This document shows positions 12,722-25,008 of a stretch of 64,000 bases of DNA, one piece after another. The notes below the pieces were generated by a model. It did no database searches. It was not told the DNA's origin and saw only the letters and a list, made by a program, of their open reading frames with translations. The DNA is taken from positions 5,642,001 through 5,706,000 of the forward strand of contig JBHGNT010000011.1 in NCBI GenBank assembly GCA_043228905.1, written 5' to 3'. Both the position numbers and the translations under genes were made by a program. The stretch's first letter is position 1, and each line of letters opens with the position of its first letter. This DNA is from Azolla caroliniana (Eukaryota > Plantae > Polypodiophyta).

Positions 12722-15700
12722 TGTTGGAAGCGAGGTCGTGAATGCGGAAGATCGAGAAGCATTCGATTGCTGTTGAGTACCTGCGTATGACAGTTTGTAG
12801 GTCGTTGCACAGAGAGAGAGAGAGAGACAAAGAGGCACAAAAGACTCTTTATTCCTTAAAGCAATAATACAACATCCAACCTCACAAAGAGGTTACAAGG
12901 TCACTATATATAGTGACCGACTTAGGGCAATTACCCTTTATGCTAATTACATAAATGGCCAAAGACGAGATAGTGTGAATACGTCCATTATACACATGTA
13001 TTCGACACTCCCCCGTAATGGGCGTATACATGGGTTATCTAAGATTACAGGTATAGACTTAGGTTCTCGGACATATCAGCTTTGTTCGGGTCGGCAGGGT
13101 CCGAAGGCAGAAGACCGAACTGGTCGGGTCGGAACAGTTGAAGCCGATCATTGAGGAACTGATGTCGGTTGTCGGGAACCATCCTGCTCTGTGTCCGGCT
13201 CTAACCGGACTGGTTTGTCGTTACGCCCATCTGATGCCGAAGAGACCGAAAGCGGTCTGCCGAAAGACACTTGGTCATTCCATCTGCGACATTGTCGGTT
13301 GTGGATATTTTCTCTAGACCGATTTTCCCTGAGATGACGCAGTCCCGAACGAAGTGATATCGAACGTCGATATGTTTGGAGGCGTTGTGGTGAACCGGAT
13401 TTTTCGACAAGGCAACAGCACCTTGACTGTCGCTGTAGACAACTGGAGCCGAGTCATGGTCGACTTGTCGAAACGTGTGCGCCAGCCGACCGAGCCATAA
13501 AGCTTCTTTTGCTGCGTCGGACGCAGCTACATATTCTGCTTCGGTCGTTGAGGTCGCTGTGCACTCCTGGAGTTTCGACTTCCACGAGATTGCTCCATTG
13601 CCGAATTTGAAGCAGTATCCGGTTGTTGATTTCCGACTGTCTATACAGCCGGCGAAGTCCGAGTCGGTGTAACCGACTACGCCTGAGGTTCGGTTCGGAC
13701 CGAAAAGAATGCCGTGGTCTTTTGTGCCAACCAGATATCTGAACACATGCTTGACTGCGTTCCAATGCGATCGGCCAGGGTTATGCATAAATCTGCTAAC
13801 GACTCCTACGGCGTGAGAAATATCAGGCCGTGTCGCGACCATCAGGTACATAAGGGAGCCGACTGCCGGTGCATACGGTACCGACTTCATATCTTCCCCC
13901 TCCGGACCGGATGTCGGGCAGTCTCGCTGAGAGAGCCGAAGATTCATAGGGAGCGGGGTTGAAGCAGATTTGGCTGATTGCATGTTGAAGCGTTCTAAGA
14001 CACGTCGGATGTAGTCGGTCTGAGACAGAAAAAGATGTCGTGTTTCGCGATGCCGACTGATCTTCATGCCGAGTATGTGTCGTGCCGGACCGAGGTCCTT
14101 CATGGCAAACTTCAACCGCAATTGCCGAATGAGATCGGCAAGTTCGCCCGCGTGGCGTCCAGAAATTAGCATGTCGTCCACGTAAATGATGAGGAAGATG
14201 GGTGATCCATCTTGAGCTGTGTTGGTGAAGAGACAATGGTCCTCATCGCTTTTGGAGAAGCCGATCGATTGGATGAAGTCGTCGAACTTCTTGTACCATT
14301 GTCGCGGTGCCTGTTTGAGGCCGTATAGACTCTTCCTGAGTCGGCAGACTAGATGTTCTTGGCCAGTTGCCACGAAGCCTTTTGGCTGCTCCATATAGAT
14401 TTCCTCGTCAAGATCACCATGGAGGAAGGCTGTTTTGACATCTAGCTGAATCAGCTCCAAGTTGTCGGCTGCCACTACGCCGAGTAGGAAACGAAGGGTT
14501 GTCATTTTCACCACTGGTGAAAAAATCTCGTCGAAGTCGACGCCATATTCTTGTCGGAAGCCCTTCGCAACTAATCTGGCCTTGTACTTTGGGGTGGTCG
14601 AATCAGACGTCTCCTTTAGTCGATAGACCCACTTGCAAGGAAGAGCACGTCGGTTCCTAGGTAATTCGACCAGATCCCAAGTCTTGTTTGCCCGAATTGA
14701 GTGCATTTCCGACTCCATCGCCAGATGCCAGGTGGCTGAATCGACAGATGTCGATGCTTCTTCGTAAGACGTCGGTTCGCCGGCGTCGGTGAAGAAAATT
14801 CCAGGAGAATACCTCTCCGGAGGTTGCGACAGTCTCTCGGATCGTCGAGGTATGATTGGACTGGTCGCATCGGGTATCAAGGTCGGATGGTCCGAAAGCG
14901 GATTGTTCTGCTGTGCCGAGTCGGGGTTGTCCGAGTCGGTAGTGTAGGGTTCAGCTACCCGTGAAGCTGACCGTGTGTTGAGAGCGGGGCCGTCTTGAAG
15001 GGTCGGCACATCGGAAAATGTTACCCTTCGGACTTCGATCGGTTTTTCGACTGATGGATTCATAGCCGACTCGTTGAACACAACGTCCGAACTTCGAACG
15101 ATTTGTCTGCGTTCGGGGTCCCAGAGTCGGTATCCCATTTCGCCGTCGGATCCATATCCAAGGAAAATGCATTTCCTGGACCGAGGTGCAAGTTTTCGGC
15201 GATCATCTTTCGGAATAAGGGCGTACGCCTCGCATCCGAAGATCCTCAGCTTGTCGTAATTCGGCTTACTGCCGATCCATAGTTCCTGAGGAATTTGAAG
15301 TCCTAGAGGTCTACTTGGCGACATATTGATTATGTGTACTGCCGTGAGTAGAGCCTCTGCCCAGAAGCCATCCGACAGTCCGGAGTGTTGGAGCATGGAA
15401 ACTATCCGTTCTTGGATTGTCCGATTCATTCGCTCTGCAATCCCGTTTTGCTCCGGACTGTGTGGTGCCGTAAATTCACGTCGGATGCCGCGTTGTCGGC
15501 AGAATTTGACGAATTCTTCGGATTTGAACTCTCCCCCATTGTCTGTCCGAAGGCATTTCAGCTTTCGGTCGGTGTGATTTTCTACCATAGCGAGCCAATC
15601 GGAGAAGATCGAGAAGACCCGATCTTTGGTGCGAATTGGATAAGCCCACACCTTTCGAGTCGAATCGTCAATAAAAGTGACGAAGTAAGAGGCACCGCCT

Positions 15701-18173
15701 AGAGACTGATGCGGCATTGGGCCACAGACGTCCGAATGGACTAAATCGAGAGGTCTCGTTTCTCTTGGTGCTGATGTCGGGTGTGATGCGGCTGCCTGTT
15801 TGCCATACTGGCAATGCTCGCAGAATTGGTGGTCGGAGAAGGAGAGTTTGGGGATGTATCCGGCTCTAGATAGGTGCGTGATGCCGGCCTTGCTGAGGTG
15901 TCCTAATCTTCGGTGCCATAGTGATGACACAGGAATATCCACCAAGAACAGGTTACCCTCTCTGAGCGTAACATGTAACGGATACAGTGAGTGTATCTTG
16001 GGTCCTCTAGCAAGCAGGAGGTTCCCCCTGTGGAGTGTCCACCCTCCCGAAGAAAAACCGGCACGAATGCCGTCTTCATCTAGTTGTCCGACTGAAATCA
16101 ATGGCCTTGAGAGCTCGGGTACATGTCGGACATTGTGGAGTACAAGTGTAGAGCCACCTGCAAGGTTGAGCTCTACTGTGCCGATTCCGATGATGTCACA
16201 GTGTTGTGAGTTGCCGACCCGGACTGAGTCGGAGTGACGGATCGTATATTGTCGAAATTGGGATCGATGAGGAGTCACGTGAAATGACGCGCCCGAATCT
16301 AAGAGCCATGTGCTCGATTCTTCAGTCGTGAGTAGAGCTTCTGATCCGACTGGATTTTCGATTGATAGTATATTCGGGTCGTCTGGTAGTACATCAGCTG
16401 AGAAGCTGACGTAATTGACCTCCTCATGCCGGCCACTCTTCTTGTTGTTCTTGTTCTTGAGTGCGCGGCAGTCGGCTTTGATGTGTCCGGGTTTCTTGCA
16501 ATAGTTGCAGATTCGGTTATCCCGTGACTGGCTCCGTCTTCGCTGATTGTTCGGCGGCCGTGAGGAATCTCTTCCTCGTATGTTCGATCGGTCTGTCGAA
16601 CCTTGTACTACGTAAGCGTCGTCTGTTGAGTCTTTGGCGAAAGACTTTCTCCGAGCTGCTTCGGTCAGGATTGCGCTCGTGACTTCGGAGTATTTAACAG
16701 CCGTGGTTGACGCGTTGCACACGGTTGTGACGAAAGTTTCCCATGATGAGGGAAGGTTGCTCATGAGTATCATTGCTCTGAGTTCATCCTCGATTGCCGT
16801 CCCCTGAGATGAGATTTGGGAGCTTATGCTTTCGTACTCATTGAGGTGTGCTTGAACCGAATCGGATTCTTTCATCCGCAAGTTGTAGAGGCGCCGGATC
16901 AGAAACATCTTCGTTGCGGCGACCTTCTTTTCGTAAGTGTCCGACAGTGTTTTCCACAGTTCGAATGCTGTCGTACACGATTGCACCGTAAAATATACCG
17001 ATTCCGATAGGTGCATCCGAATCGTGGCGCGGACGATTCTGTCCAGCTTCTGCCACTCATTTGGTTTGTATCCTTCTGGAGGTTCTTCATTTTCGATGGG
17101 ATCGATTTGCCCCTTGACTATGAGATAGTCCTGCATTTGTTCCTTCCAGAAGTTGAAGTTCGATCCATCGAACTTTCGTAGACTCATTTCTGACGAGCCG
17201 GATGTTGATGCCATCAAATTCGGTTTTGGTTGACGAAGCTCGGTTCGGAGTTGACTACGAACCTTGTTGGAGTGCAGCCGGTTGGCTCACCCGATATCGT
17301 TCTAGTCGGATTTGAACCCGAGTCGGTTCGGCTTCGGAACTTGCTCGAATTGACTCCGGTAGCTTGAGGGACAGAACCGACTGGTCTTCCCGAATGTTGC
17401 CGAGTCGGAGTGAGCCCGGTTCGCTTCGGATATATATGCCGAATACCGATTATTAAAACCGATTATCTCGACCGATTCTGCTTCGGTTGACTGCAGCAAC
17501 GAGAGAGACGGATCCAACTGATCCTCTCGAGAGTCGATCAGCCAGATGAAGCACGAATTTGGGGTTGTTATCTTGAGACCGATCTGCACCGAGTGGTTAC
17601 AACGAGCAGCGTTTGATTACCTCTTCGGATGCCGTTTAACCGAGTGGAGCACGATCGTGTCAATGTTGCACAAGGGGATTTCACCTCGAGCGGTTACGAT
17701 CACAAGGAACAGAGTACAACCTGATGGCTTACTCCAAGCAAGAGGATCTAACGCGATGAGGTGCAAACCTCGTTTTTGTTCTTCTTCTCTCTTTCTTCGA
17801 ATGACGCGAATACTGTGCAGGCCGTGATGAAGTGAAGAACCGAATGCTATGCAGGCGGTGATGACGGCCGAACGCTCTGATACCAGATGTTGGAAGCGAG
17901 GTCGTGAATGCGGAAGATCGAGAAGCATTCGATTGCTGTTGAGTACCTGCGTATGACAGTTTGTAGGTCGTTGCACAGAGAGAGAGAGAGAGACAAAGAG
18001 GCACAAAAGACTCTTTATTCCTTAAAGCAATAATACAACATCCAACCTCACAAAGAGGTTACAAGGTCACTATATATAGTGACCGACTTAGGGCAATTAC
18101 CCTTTATGCTAATTACATAAATGGCCAAAGACGAGATAGTGTGAATACGTCCATTATACACATGTATTCGACA
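12722..18173 (-). mobile_element. Intact full-length Ty1/copia LTR retrotransposon
   Basis: Two 286-bp TG..CA LTRs (12722-13007, 17888-18173) that read identical by eye. CTGCT TSD at 12717-12721 and 18174-18178. tRNA-iMet PBS TGGTATCAGAGC at about 17874-17885 (-). PPT at 13008-13015. Single uninterrupted polyprotein. Confidence 0.97.
13201..17217 (-). CDS. Copia gag-pol polyprotein (Gag, CCHC, PR, INT, RT, RNase H)
   Basis: 1338 aa: CNYCKKPGHIKADC, WLLDSGAS, HRRLGH..CEHC, VHSDVCGP, LRTDNGGEF, NGIAERMNRT, LDVKTAFLHG, IYVDDML, YTDSDFAG, ADGMTK. Confidence 0.97.
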   Translation of the reverse strand: MMASTSGSSEMSLRKFDGSNFNFWKEQMQDYLIVKGQIDPIENEEPPEGYKPNEWQKLDRIVRATIRMHLSESVYFTVQSCTTAFELWKTLSDTYEKKVAATKMFLIRRLYNLRMKESDSVQAHLNEYESISSQISSQGTAIEDELRAMILMSNLPSSWETFVTTVCNASTTAVKYSEVTSAILTEAARRKSFAKDSTDDAYVVQGSTDRSNIRGRDSSRPPNNQRRRSQSRDNRICNYCKKPGHIKADCRALKNKNNKKSGRHEEVNYVSFSADVLPDDPNILSIENPVGSEALLTTEESSTWLLDSGASFHVTPHRSQFRQYTIRHSDSVRVGNSQHCDIIGIGTVELNLAGGSTLVLHNVRHVPELSRPLISVGQLDEDGIRAGFSSGGWTLHRGNLLLARGPKIHSLYPLHVTLREGNLFLVDIPVSSLWHRRLGHLSKAGITHLSRAGYIPKLSFSDHQFCEHCQYGKQAAASHPTSAPRETRPLDLVHSDVCGPMPHQSLGGASYFVTFIDDSTRKVWAYPIRTKDRVFSIFSDWLAMVENHTDRKLKCLRTDNGGEFKSEEFVKFCRQRGIRREFTAPHSPEQNGIAERMNRTIQERIVSMLQHSGLSDGFWAEALLTAVHIINMSPSRPLGLQIPQELWIGSKPNYDKLRIFGCEAYALIPKDDRRKLAPRSRKCIFLGYGSDGEMGYRLWDPERRQIVRSSDVVFNESAMNPSVEKPIEVRRVTFSDVPTLQDGPALNTRSASRVAEPYTTDSDNPDSAQQNNPLSDHPTLIPDATSPIIPRRSERLSQPPERYSPGIFFTDAGEPTSYEEASTSVDSATWHLAMESEMHSIRANKTWDLVELPRNRRALPCKWVYRLKETSDSTTPKYKARLVAKGFRQEYGVDFDEIFSPVVKMTTLRFLLGVVAADNLELIQLDVKTAFLHGDLDEEIYMEQPKGFVATGQEHLVCRLRKSLYGLKQAPRQWYKKFDDFIQSIGFSKSDEDHCLFTNTAQDGSPIFLIIYVDDMLISGRHAGELADLIRQLRLKFAMKDLGPARHILGMKISRHRETRHLFLSQTDYIRRVLERFNMQSAKSASTPLPMNLRLSQRDCPTSGPEGEDMKSVPYAPAVGSLMYLMVATRPDISHAVGVVSRFMHNPGRSHWNAVKHVFRYLVGTKDHGILFGPNRTSGVVGYTDSDFAGCIDSRKSTTGYCFKFGNGAISWKSKLQECTATSTTEAEYVAASDAAKEALWLGRLAHTFRQVDHDSAPVVYSDSQGAVALSKNPVHHNASKHIDVRYHFVRDCVISGKIGLEKISTTDNVADGMTKCLSADRFRSLRHQMGVTTNQSG

Positions 18174-18980
18174 CTGCTCCCCCTGCATAGGTCACCACGT
18201 ACCCTGACGTGGATTGACTTGATTCTACATCCCCCGACATGTCTGATTCGGTAAACCCTTCGAGTATGGGTTTTCCGACCCCATACTTAATACACACCCG
18301 AGTTGCCTTTTAAGTACCTGAGTATCCATTTCACCGTTGCCCAGTGTTCTCGTTCTGGATTACTCATGTATCGGCTTACTGTTCCCACAACAAAAATTAT
18401 GTCTGGTATCGTGTAGACCATAGCATACATTAGACTATCGACAACTGAGGCATATGGTACTTTCCTCATCTCATCCTCTTCTTTCTCCCCTCTCAGGCTT
18501 TGCTTTGCATTTAGCTTGCAGTTAGTCGGTAACACCGAGCCGACCGGCTTTGCTTCCGACATGTTGAATCTTTCTAGGATCTTAGTCACATATTTCTCTT
18601 GTGACAGCCACAACACTTTCTTAGTTCTATCTCGAACTATGTGCATCCCTAAGATCTGTTTAGTCGGTCCAAGAACTTTCATGGCAAACGTTTTTCCGAG
18701 ATCTTTCTTCAAGCTTTTGATCTTCCTTGTATCTTGACTGACTATCAACATGTCATCCACATATAACGAGAGAATCAAGAAGTCACCTTCATCATACCTT
18801 TTGACGAACACACAATGATCAACATGTGTTTTCTGGAGCCTATGTTCCACCATGAAGGACTCAAACTTCTTGTACCATTGGCGTGAAGCTTGTTTCAACC
18901 CATACAAGCTATTCTTCATTCGACACACCAGGTTCTCTTTCCGTTTCTCCACAAAATCTTTGGGCTTCTACATGTAAATC

Positions 18981-21900
18981 TATTGAGATACAAGCTCACC
19001 ATTGGGTGCGTAAACTAGTGCGTAGAATGGGTATATAAACTGGGTGCGTAACAAGAGGCCATAGTGGTGCGTAAACTGGGAGGCCGTTGGACAGATATTC
19101 CATAGAGGAATATATTTTTGGGAGTTAGTGCAGAGGCTCATTGATGAGCATTGAAGTACATGTCAGTACTTCTGTCAGTCCGTATGGACTTGTATAAAAG
19201 TGCTCTCTGAGCACATCCTATGTGTAGAGTTTTAGAGTATTGTTTTGAAATTGAGTCTTCTGTGATCTACTCTCTCTATCTCTCCTGTGTACATTGTGTT
19301 GATTAAGCTTTCCATTAAACCTTCCTCATCTTCTTTGTCCTTTGTCTGTCGTTACCCGGTTGTGTCTGTTAAGCTTCCGCACGTATTCTTTTACATGGTA
19401 TCAGAGCGTGAGGGTTGAGATCCTCTGCTGCCGACAAACAAACAAACCCTAATCATGGTGAAAGAACAGAAGAAGAAAAGAATGGACAGAGGAATGGCTA
19501 GCTCGCTTCCGACAGAGAAGCTCAACAGAAGCAACTACGCATCTTGTCCGTGCAAGATGCACCAGTACCTGCTCGGGCATGGCTACTGGAGCTATGTTGA
19601 TGGAGCTAATGACGCAGCACCCGAATCGACACACAGAGATTTCCCGGCCTGGGAACAAGCGGCAAACAGAGTTCTCTACTGCTTTACATCCTGTGTAAGC
19701 GATCAACTTCTGAGCTACATTCGGGATGCGAACACACCGAAGGATGCTTGGGGAAATCTAAAAAAGATTTTCGCCGCGAGCACCACAAGCAGAAAGCTCC
19801 AACTCATGCAAGAGTTGAGCAATGTTCGACAACGAGATATGTCGATGGCTGACTACACCTCCAAGATCAAGGATATCTGCGACTCTCTCGCCTCCATTGA
19901 TGTAAACATCGAGGAGGACGCAATGGTGTAGGTCTACCTCGGAGGGTTAGTGTCGAAGTTCGGAGCTTTCTGAACTGCAGTCTATACGAAGGAGAATACA
20001 CCGTCATTTTTCGGGTTACAATCAATGCTCCTAGAAGAGGAGAACCATGTGGGTGCGTCAACAAGTACGCATGCCGACAACAGGATGTTGTACACGAAGG
20101 AAGATAGGCCCCATGGTCGTGGCAGACAAGGTGAGTTGGCGTGCAATGGAGGCGGCTGACAGGAGCAAGATGGAAGGCATGGTCGTAATGCCAACAGTAG
20201 TTCTGAACCCTCCGGAAGCAGGGGGAGTCGAGGGGGCGCCGGAAACCAGCAAGGAAAAACCACCGTGGAATGTTGGTACTGTGGCAAGAAAGGCCACTAG
20301 GAGAGTAAGTGTTGGAAGAAACGTGCCGATTCGAAGAAAACTGCATACGGATCCGAGCGGACCGAACAAGGAAATCAGCAGTGATCGCACTACGTTGATG
20401 GCTCCTTATGAGCCGAAAATGGATCGGGCCTAGCCTTCGTAATGAAGCACAAGGCCAACTCGATGGCGGTGAACACCTCGAAACCAAACGAGGTGTGGTA
20501 TGTTGACTCCGGAGCATCAAATCATATGACGAGTCATGAGGAATTGTTCTCGTACTTGGAGAAACCAGAAAAACAAGGAGTGGTCGAAACTGGAGAGAAG
20601 GTCCCCTCACCCACGTCAGGCAGTAAGGGAAACTCATGAATGTGCTAGACGTCCCAACAATAACCAAGAACCCGGTGTCAGTCGGACAGATCGTCGACCA
20701 TGGGATGCAAGTTCGATTCACGCATCTCGGTTGCTACATCAAAGAAGAGGGCAAAGTCATTGCGCAAGGGGGTCGAGAAGGGAGGATGTTCATCCTCAAC
20801 AACAATGAGGTCAGAACTTCGTTGTTCGCGAAAGGACAGAAGGTTGAGTTGGACATCGACCTATGGCACAAGTAGTTTGGCCATGTTAACTTCCCGTGGC
20901 TTTGTGAAATGCAGACGAAGAGCATTGTTTTCGGATTGCCGAAATTTAGTGGCCGGAACGGCCAAATTTGCGAAGCCTGCCAGCTCGGGAAGCAACACCA
21001 ACTTCCATTCCCCAACGAGCGTAATCGGAGTCGAAATCCACTCGATGTGATCCATTCGGATGTATGGGGACCGGCACAGAAGTGAGCATCGATGACTTCA
21101 CTCAACGCACTTGGGCGTACTTGATCACGAAAAAGAGCGAAGTCTTCGCGTGTTTCCTGAAGGTGAAGAGCCTTGCGGAAAGGGAAACTGGGTGAAAGAT
21201 CAAGTGCCTAAGGTCTGATGGCGGGAAGGAGTACTTCTCCAACCAGTTCTCGAGTTATCTACAGAAGGAGGGAATTTGACGTGAATTCTCGTGTAGATAC
21301 ATGCCGCAGCAGAACGGCGTGGCTGAGAGGAAGAATCGGACGATAAAGGAGGTGGCAAGGGAAATGCTTGAAGAGAAGCATCTGCCGAAGTTCTATTGTG
21401 CCGAAGTGATCAGAACAAATCCAGAATCGGGCATTTGCCACATGAGTTGTACTTCAAGAAGAAGCCAAACTTGTCACACTTGAGGGTTTTCGGTAGAATC
21501 GCATATGTGCATGTGCCGAAGGAGAAATGGAGGAAGCTGGACACCAAAGCCGAGAAGTGTATCTTGGTTGGGTACTCAGACGAACATAAGGGTTATAACT
21601 GTTATAATCCCTGAACCAAACAAGCTCGCGTAAGTCGTGATGTTGTGTTTGACGAGTCCGCGTTGTGGTATTTGCCTTCGCCTCCAACCCCTGACGACTC
21701 CATTTCGATCTTTGACGAAGAGGTTAGCAAGGCTGAAATGCCTCAGGACGAAGGAGACATTGGTGCTCCTGAAGAGAGTCTGATCTCATTCAGGCTAAGT
21801 GGGCTAAATGAGTGACTGAGTCGGCATGACCAGTCAGATGCAGAGCCAGCGAGTAGTGGAGACTCAGCCGTTCAATCCCCGTGAAGGAAGCCGAGGAGAC

Positions 21901-22006
21901 GGCTTACGCGCAAAGATAAGGGAAAGAAGAAGATGCCGGAGTACGACACTAATAAAGACGAGTCGGATCGAAGCGAATCCGACTCAGAGAAGAACGAAGT
22001 CCACAT
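18981..22006 (+). mobile_element. Decayed Ty1/copia (5' LTR, PBS, gag-PR-INT; 3' end truncated)
   Basis: LTR about 18981-19395 ending TTACA, then PBS TGGTATCAGAGC at 19396. gag (EKLNRSNYAS), CWYCGKKGH, WYVDSGASNHM, INT (QQNGVAERKNRT, KCILVGYS), with many stops and frameshifts. Confidence 0.88.
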
Positions 22007-22129
22007 TGTCGTGAAAATCCGTCATTATGTGCAGATCATGAGGTGGAACTGGGGGGTTATGGACGGGAAGGAAATAGGGCTCACACGCACAACACAAGGA
22101 AGACTTACACAAACAAGGCACGAGTACAA

Positions 22130-22645
22130 AGTTTCAAACGTGTTTTGTGAAAAGGAGAGGTGCATGGGCAAGCCCGAATCAATCCCTAGTCACAAGGCGA
22201 ACGAATGCACGTGAGAAAGGCTTACACATGGACACACAAGGAAAAGGCTTACTTACACACACGAGAGACAAAATTTCGAATGCCTTTGTGAAAAGAGAGG
22301 TGCATGGGCAAGCCTGAACACTCCCTTGTTAAAAGACACGCGAACACACAAGCAAGGTTTACACACGAGAGACACAATTTCGAACTCCTTTGTGAAAGGA
22401 GAGGTGCATGGGCAAGCCCGAAACGCTCCCTTGTCACAAGACACGCAAACAGATAAGCACAAATGTCAATAACATATAAGACAGGTAAGTTTGAATGCCT
22501 TTGTGAAAGGAGAGGTGCATGGGCAAGCCCGAAACGCTCCCTTGTCACAAGACACACAAACAAATAAGCACAAATGACAATAACATATACGACACATAAG
22601 TTTGAATGCCTTTGTGAAAGAAGAGGTGCATGGGCAAGCCCGAAA
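22130..22645. repeat. Five-copy tandem array, about 105-140 bp period, with a conserved stem-loop core and more variable spacers
   Basis: Core TTTGTGAAAGGAGAGGTGCATGGGCAAGCCCGAA recurs at about 22145, 22285, 22390, 22500 and 22611. Confidence 0.9.
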
Positions 22646-23929
22646 TAAGAAGAGGTGGTTGCTTCACAATCATCATTCGTAAATGCTTTTTGAAAAGAAC
22701 AATGCCATGTTTGGCCATACATTGACGATAATGTACCACCCACTACATATGGATGACAACCATCAAATGAGAGATCTAAAAGATCTAGGATGGAATTGTA
22801 GGGGCATAAGTTATATATTGAGAGAATTAGAGGAGAACATACTTTTGGGTAAAAAGACATTAGCTTCCTTTTTTAGATATCATCCATCACTCTTAATGAG
22901 AGGATAAATGAGGGTAAGGCCTATTTCTTGGTTGTCTAGGAAAAGGTAACAATGTATGTGTGATGGGCAACCCATGATGCAGCCTTTCCTTTCACTCCCC
23001 TCACCTTTTGTATATAAATTTTAGTTTTATGAACAAGAGGTGGTGTGTTACAATAACCTCACCTAATTATATGACCGTATTAGTAGTAATTGAGAGCTCA
23101 TATTTACTCTGCAACCCTCATAATCATTACTTTGATTAAGAGATTTGATAATAGTCACTATTATATGCACAACCTCCATGTCTCTCTATTACTTAATTAC
23201 ACTTTATTACTTAATTTAGAGTAATTAAGTAATTAGCTACTCCTTGCGTAACACCATGTGTTTTAGTAGTAATAGAGTGTGGTTGTAAATCTAGATGTGA
23301 TCAACTTGAGGTGAACATAGCCCCACTATTGCATACTCAAATGGTTATTTCAATTGATTACCCACTTCACTTGTGGTTGAGTTAAAGCCATCAACCCTAA
23401 CAAATAACTTTTTTTCCCTATATAACGTGAGTCTAAGTGCATCTAAACCTCCCTAGAGCTACAAACATCGGTAACTAATCATCCTCTGATTGACCAAATC
23501 ATTGTCACCACAGATGCCTATCACACATTCCCACTAATCAACATATATGATTAAGTAAGAATCTGATTTAGTAAGATGTAGCTTGAAGACAAATGAAGCC
23601 TTTACTAGAGATCAAATGAGCACTATGGGCATAACCTTACTACCCTTGACCAATGGGATCGGAACGAACCTAAGCCCTAAATGGCATCTCATAGCACTAT
23701 GTATACCCGACACTAGCACACACTCACCACGAGAGTCTATTCACCATAATACCACAGCCTCAATGTAGTCAAATTTTCCCTATATATTTATTGCCAGACC
23801 CATGGCCTCCAAGCAAGTTCACGCTTGCCACTTAATGGTTATCCCAACCCTCACACTCTTTTCCTCGTGTGTAGAAAACTATGGTAAAAACTATTAGGGG
23901 ATAAATTATGGTTATCCCCCTAACAAATG

Positions 23930-25008
23930 GACTATGAAGACGAGGGAATTGAAGTGGTTCAAAGTTTCAAATACCTAGAAGTTGGCATACGTAGTTAACA
24001 CATTGGAACAAGCATCTAGCTAGGAGCATGGAAACCAACACAACATAAAACTAAGTAAACCTTTACCATTTGAGCACATTTGCTTCAGGGGAAAGTGAAT
24101 GGGTCATGGCATGACACCAATATAAAAAGGCAATGAGAAGAAAGAAAAAGACAATATTCAAAATTCAAAAAAAGAAAATGAAAAGGTTGTTTAAGCTCCA
24201 TATGAAAGGTAAATTTACAAATGAACAGATACTAGAATATTTACAAAGCCTATATATGCATGAGGGAGTGGCTCCTATGGTGAGAACATTGAAACACCTT
24301 CAAATACATGCATTGATCTTCAATATGTCAATAAGGGAACAAAGAAAATGGCTAATGGGAAAGCAACTAATGTAACTCTCATTACAAGTGAGCTCTTAAA
24401 ATGGAAAATGTGAAGTACTCATCATTGGATCATGACTATCATAGATCAAGCTATTAAACAAAGTTTGCAAATGATTGGCTCATGAATTGGATTAAGCCAA
24501 TTTTTAAAGTAAGAAATAAAAAACAAGTGCCAAATTATCGTACAATCATTGTGAACTCAACTATTGCTAAATTGTATAGCACTATCATGGAACAAAAGGG
24601 GTTGTAAGTCATATCAAACTAGCACTTGGGGAAGCAAATTTTAGACCAAAACACTCCATTATAGATCATCTTGTTACATTTAAAGGTAATTATGAAAGCA
24701 AATGGAGTACAAGGAAAGACACTTATTGTTGCTTTGTTGATTTTTAAAAATCATTTGATTAGGTACCATGAAGTGGAAATTGGCATGCCATTTGAGTATC
24801 GAGTTGCTATTGCACAATTATATGAACAAGTTAGATGCCAACTAAAAATTAAGAAAGGTTTCTAATAACACTTTTTAAGTAACATGAGGGTTCAGCAAGG
24901 ATATCCATTATCATCTACACTCTTCGGTTTATGCGTTGATAAATTGGAAAATCTTGTTAATAGGGTTACAAGAGAAGGATTAGATGTCCCAAAACTAATG
25001 CAACGAAT
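23930..25008 (+). mobile_element. Degenerate LINE reverse-transcriptase fragments
   Basis: Remnants IEVVQSFKYL, NYRTIIVNSTIAKLYSTIME, YCCFVDF, VAIAQLYEQVRC and VQQGYPLSSTLFGL (non-LTR RT QG.PLSP.LF motif). Confidence 0.75.

Larger units (their letters stand above)
11655..18980 (-). mobile_element. Older, 5'-truncated Ty1/copia (Tnt1/Tork-like) hosting the young copia
   Basis: RT fragment 18287-18952 (LYGLKQASRQWY, LYVDDML). RNase H 12331-12716 (VALSTTEAKY, HCDNQS, TKHI). PPT at 12321-12330. Putative 3' LTR 11655-12320 (TGTTG...CAACA). Cut at the IYM motif (about 18980) by another LTR. Confidence 0.8.

Noticed and set aside
12331-12840. 169-aa ORF as an independent gene
   Set aside because: Chance fusion of the young LTR with the older element's RNase H. 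The same N-terminus recurs at 17617-18006.
13454-17128. Many antisense and alternative-frame ORFs within the copia polyprotein (likewise within MCTP)
   Set aside because: Expected shadow ORFs of GC-rich coding sequence, with no recognisable motifs.
22130-22645. CRISPR-like repeat/spacer array or hammerhead ribozymes (GAAAC, GUC present)
   Set aside because: Eukaryotic context with no cas genes, spacers are homologous to each other, and the CUGANGA catalytic core is absent.
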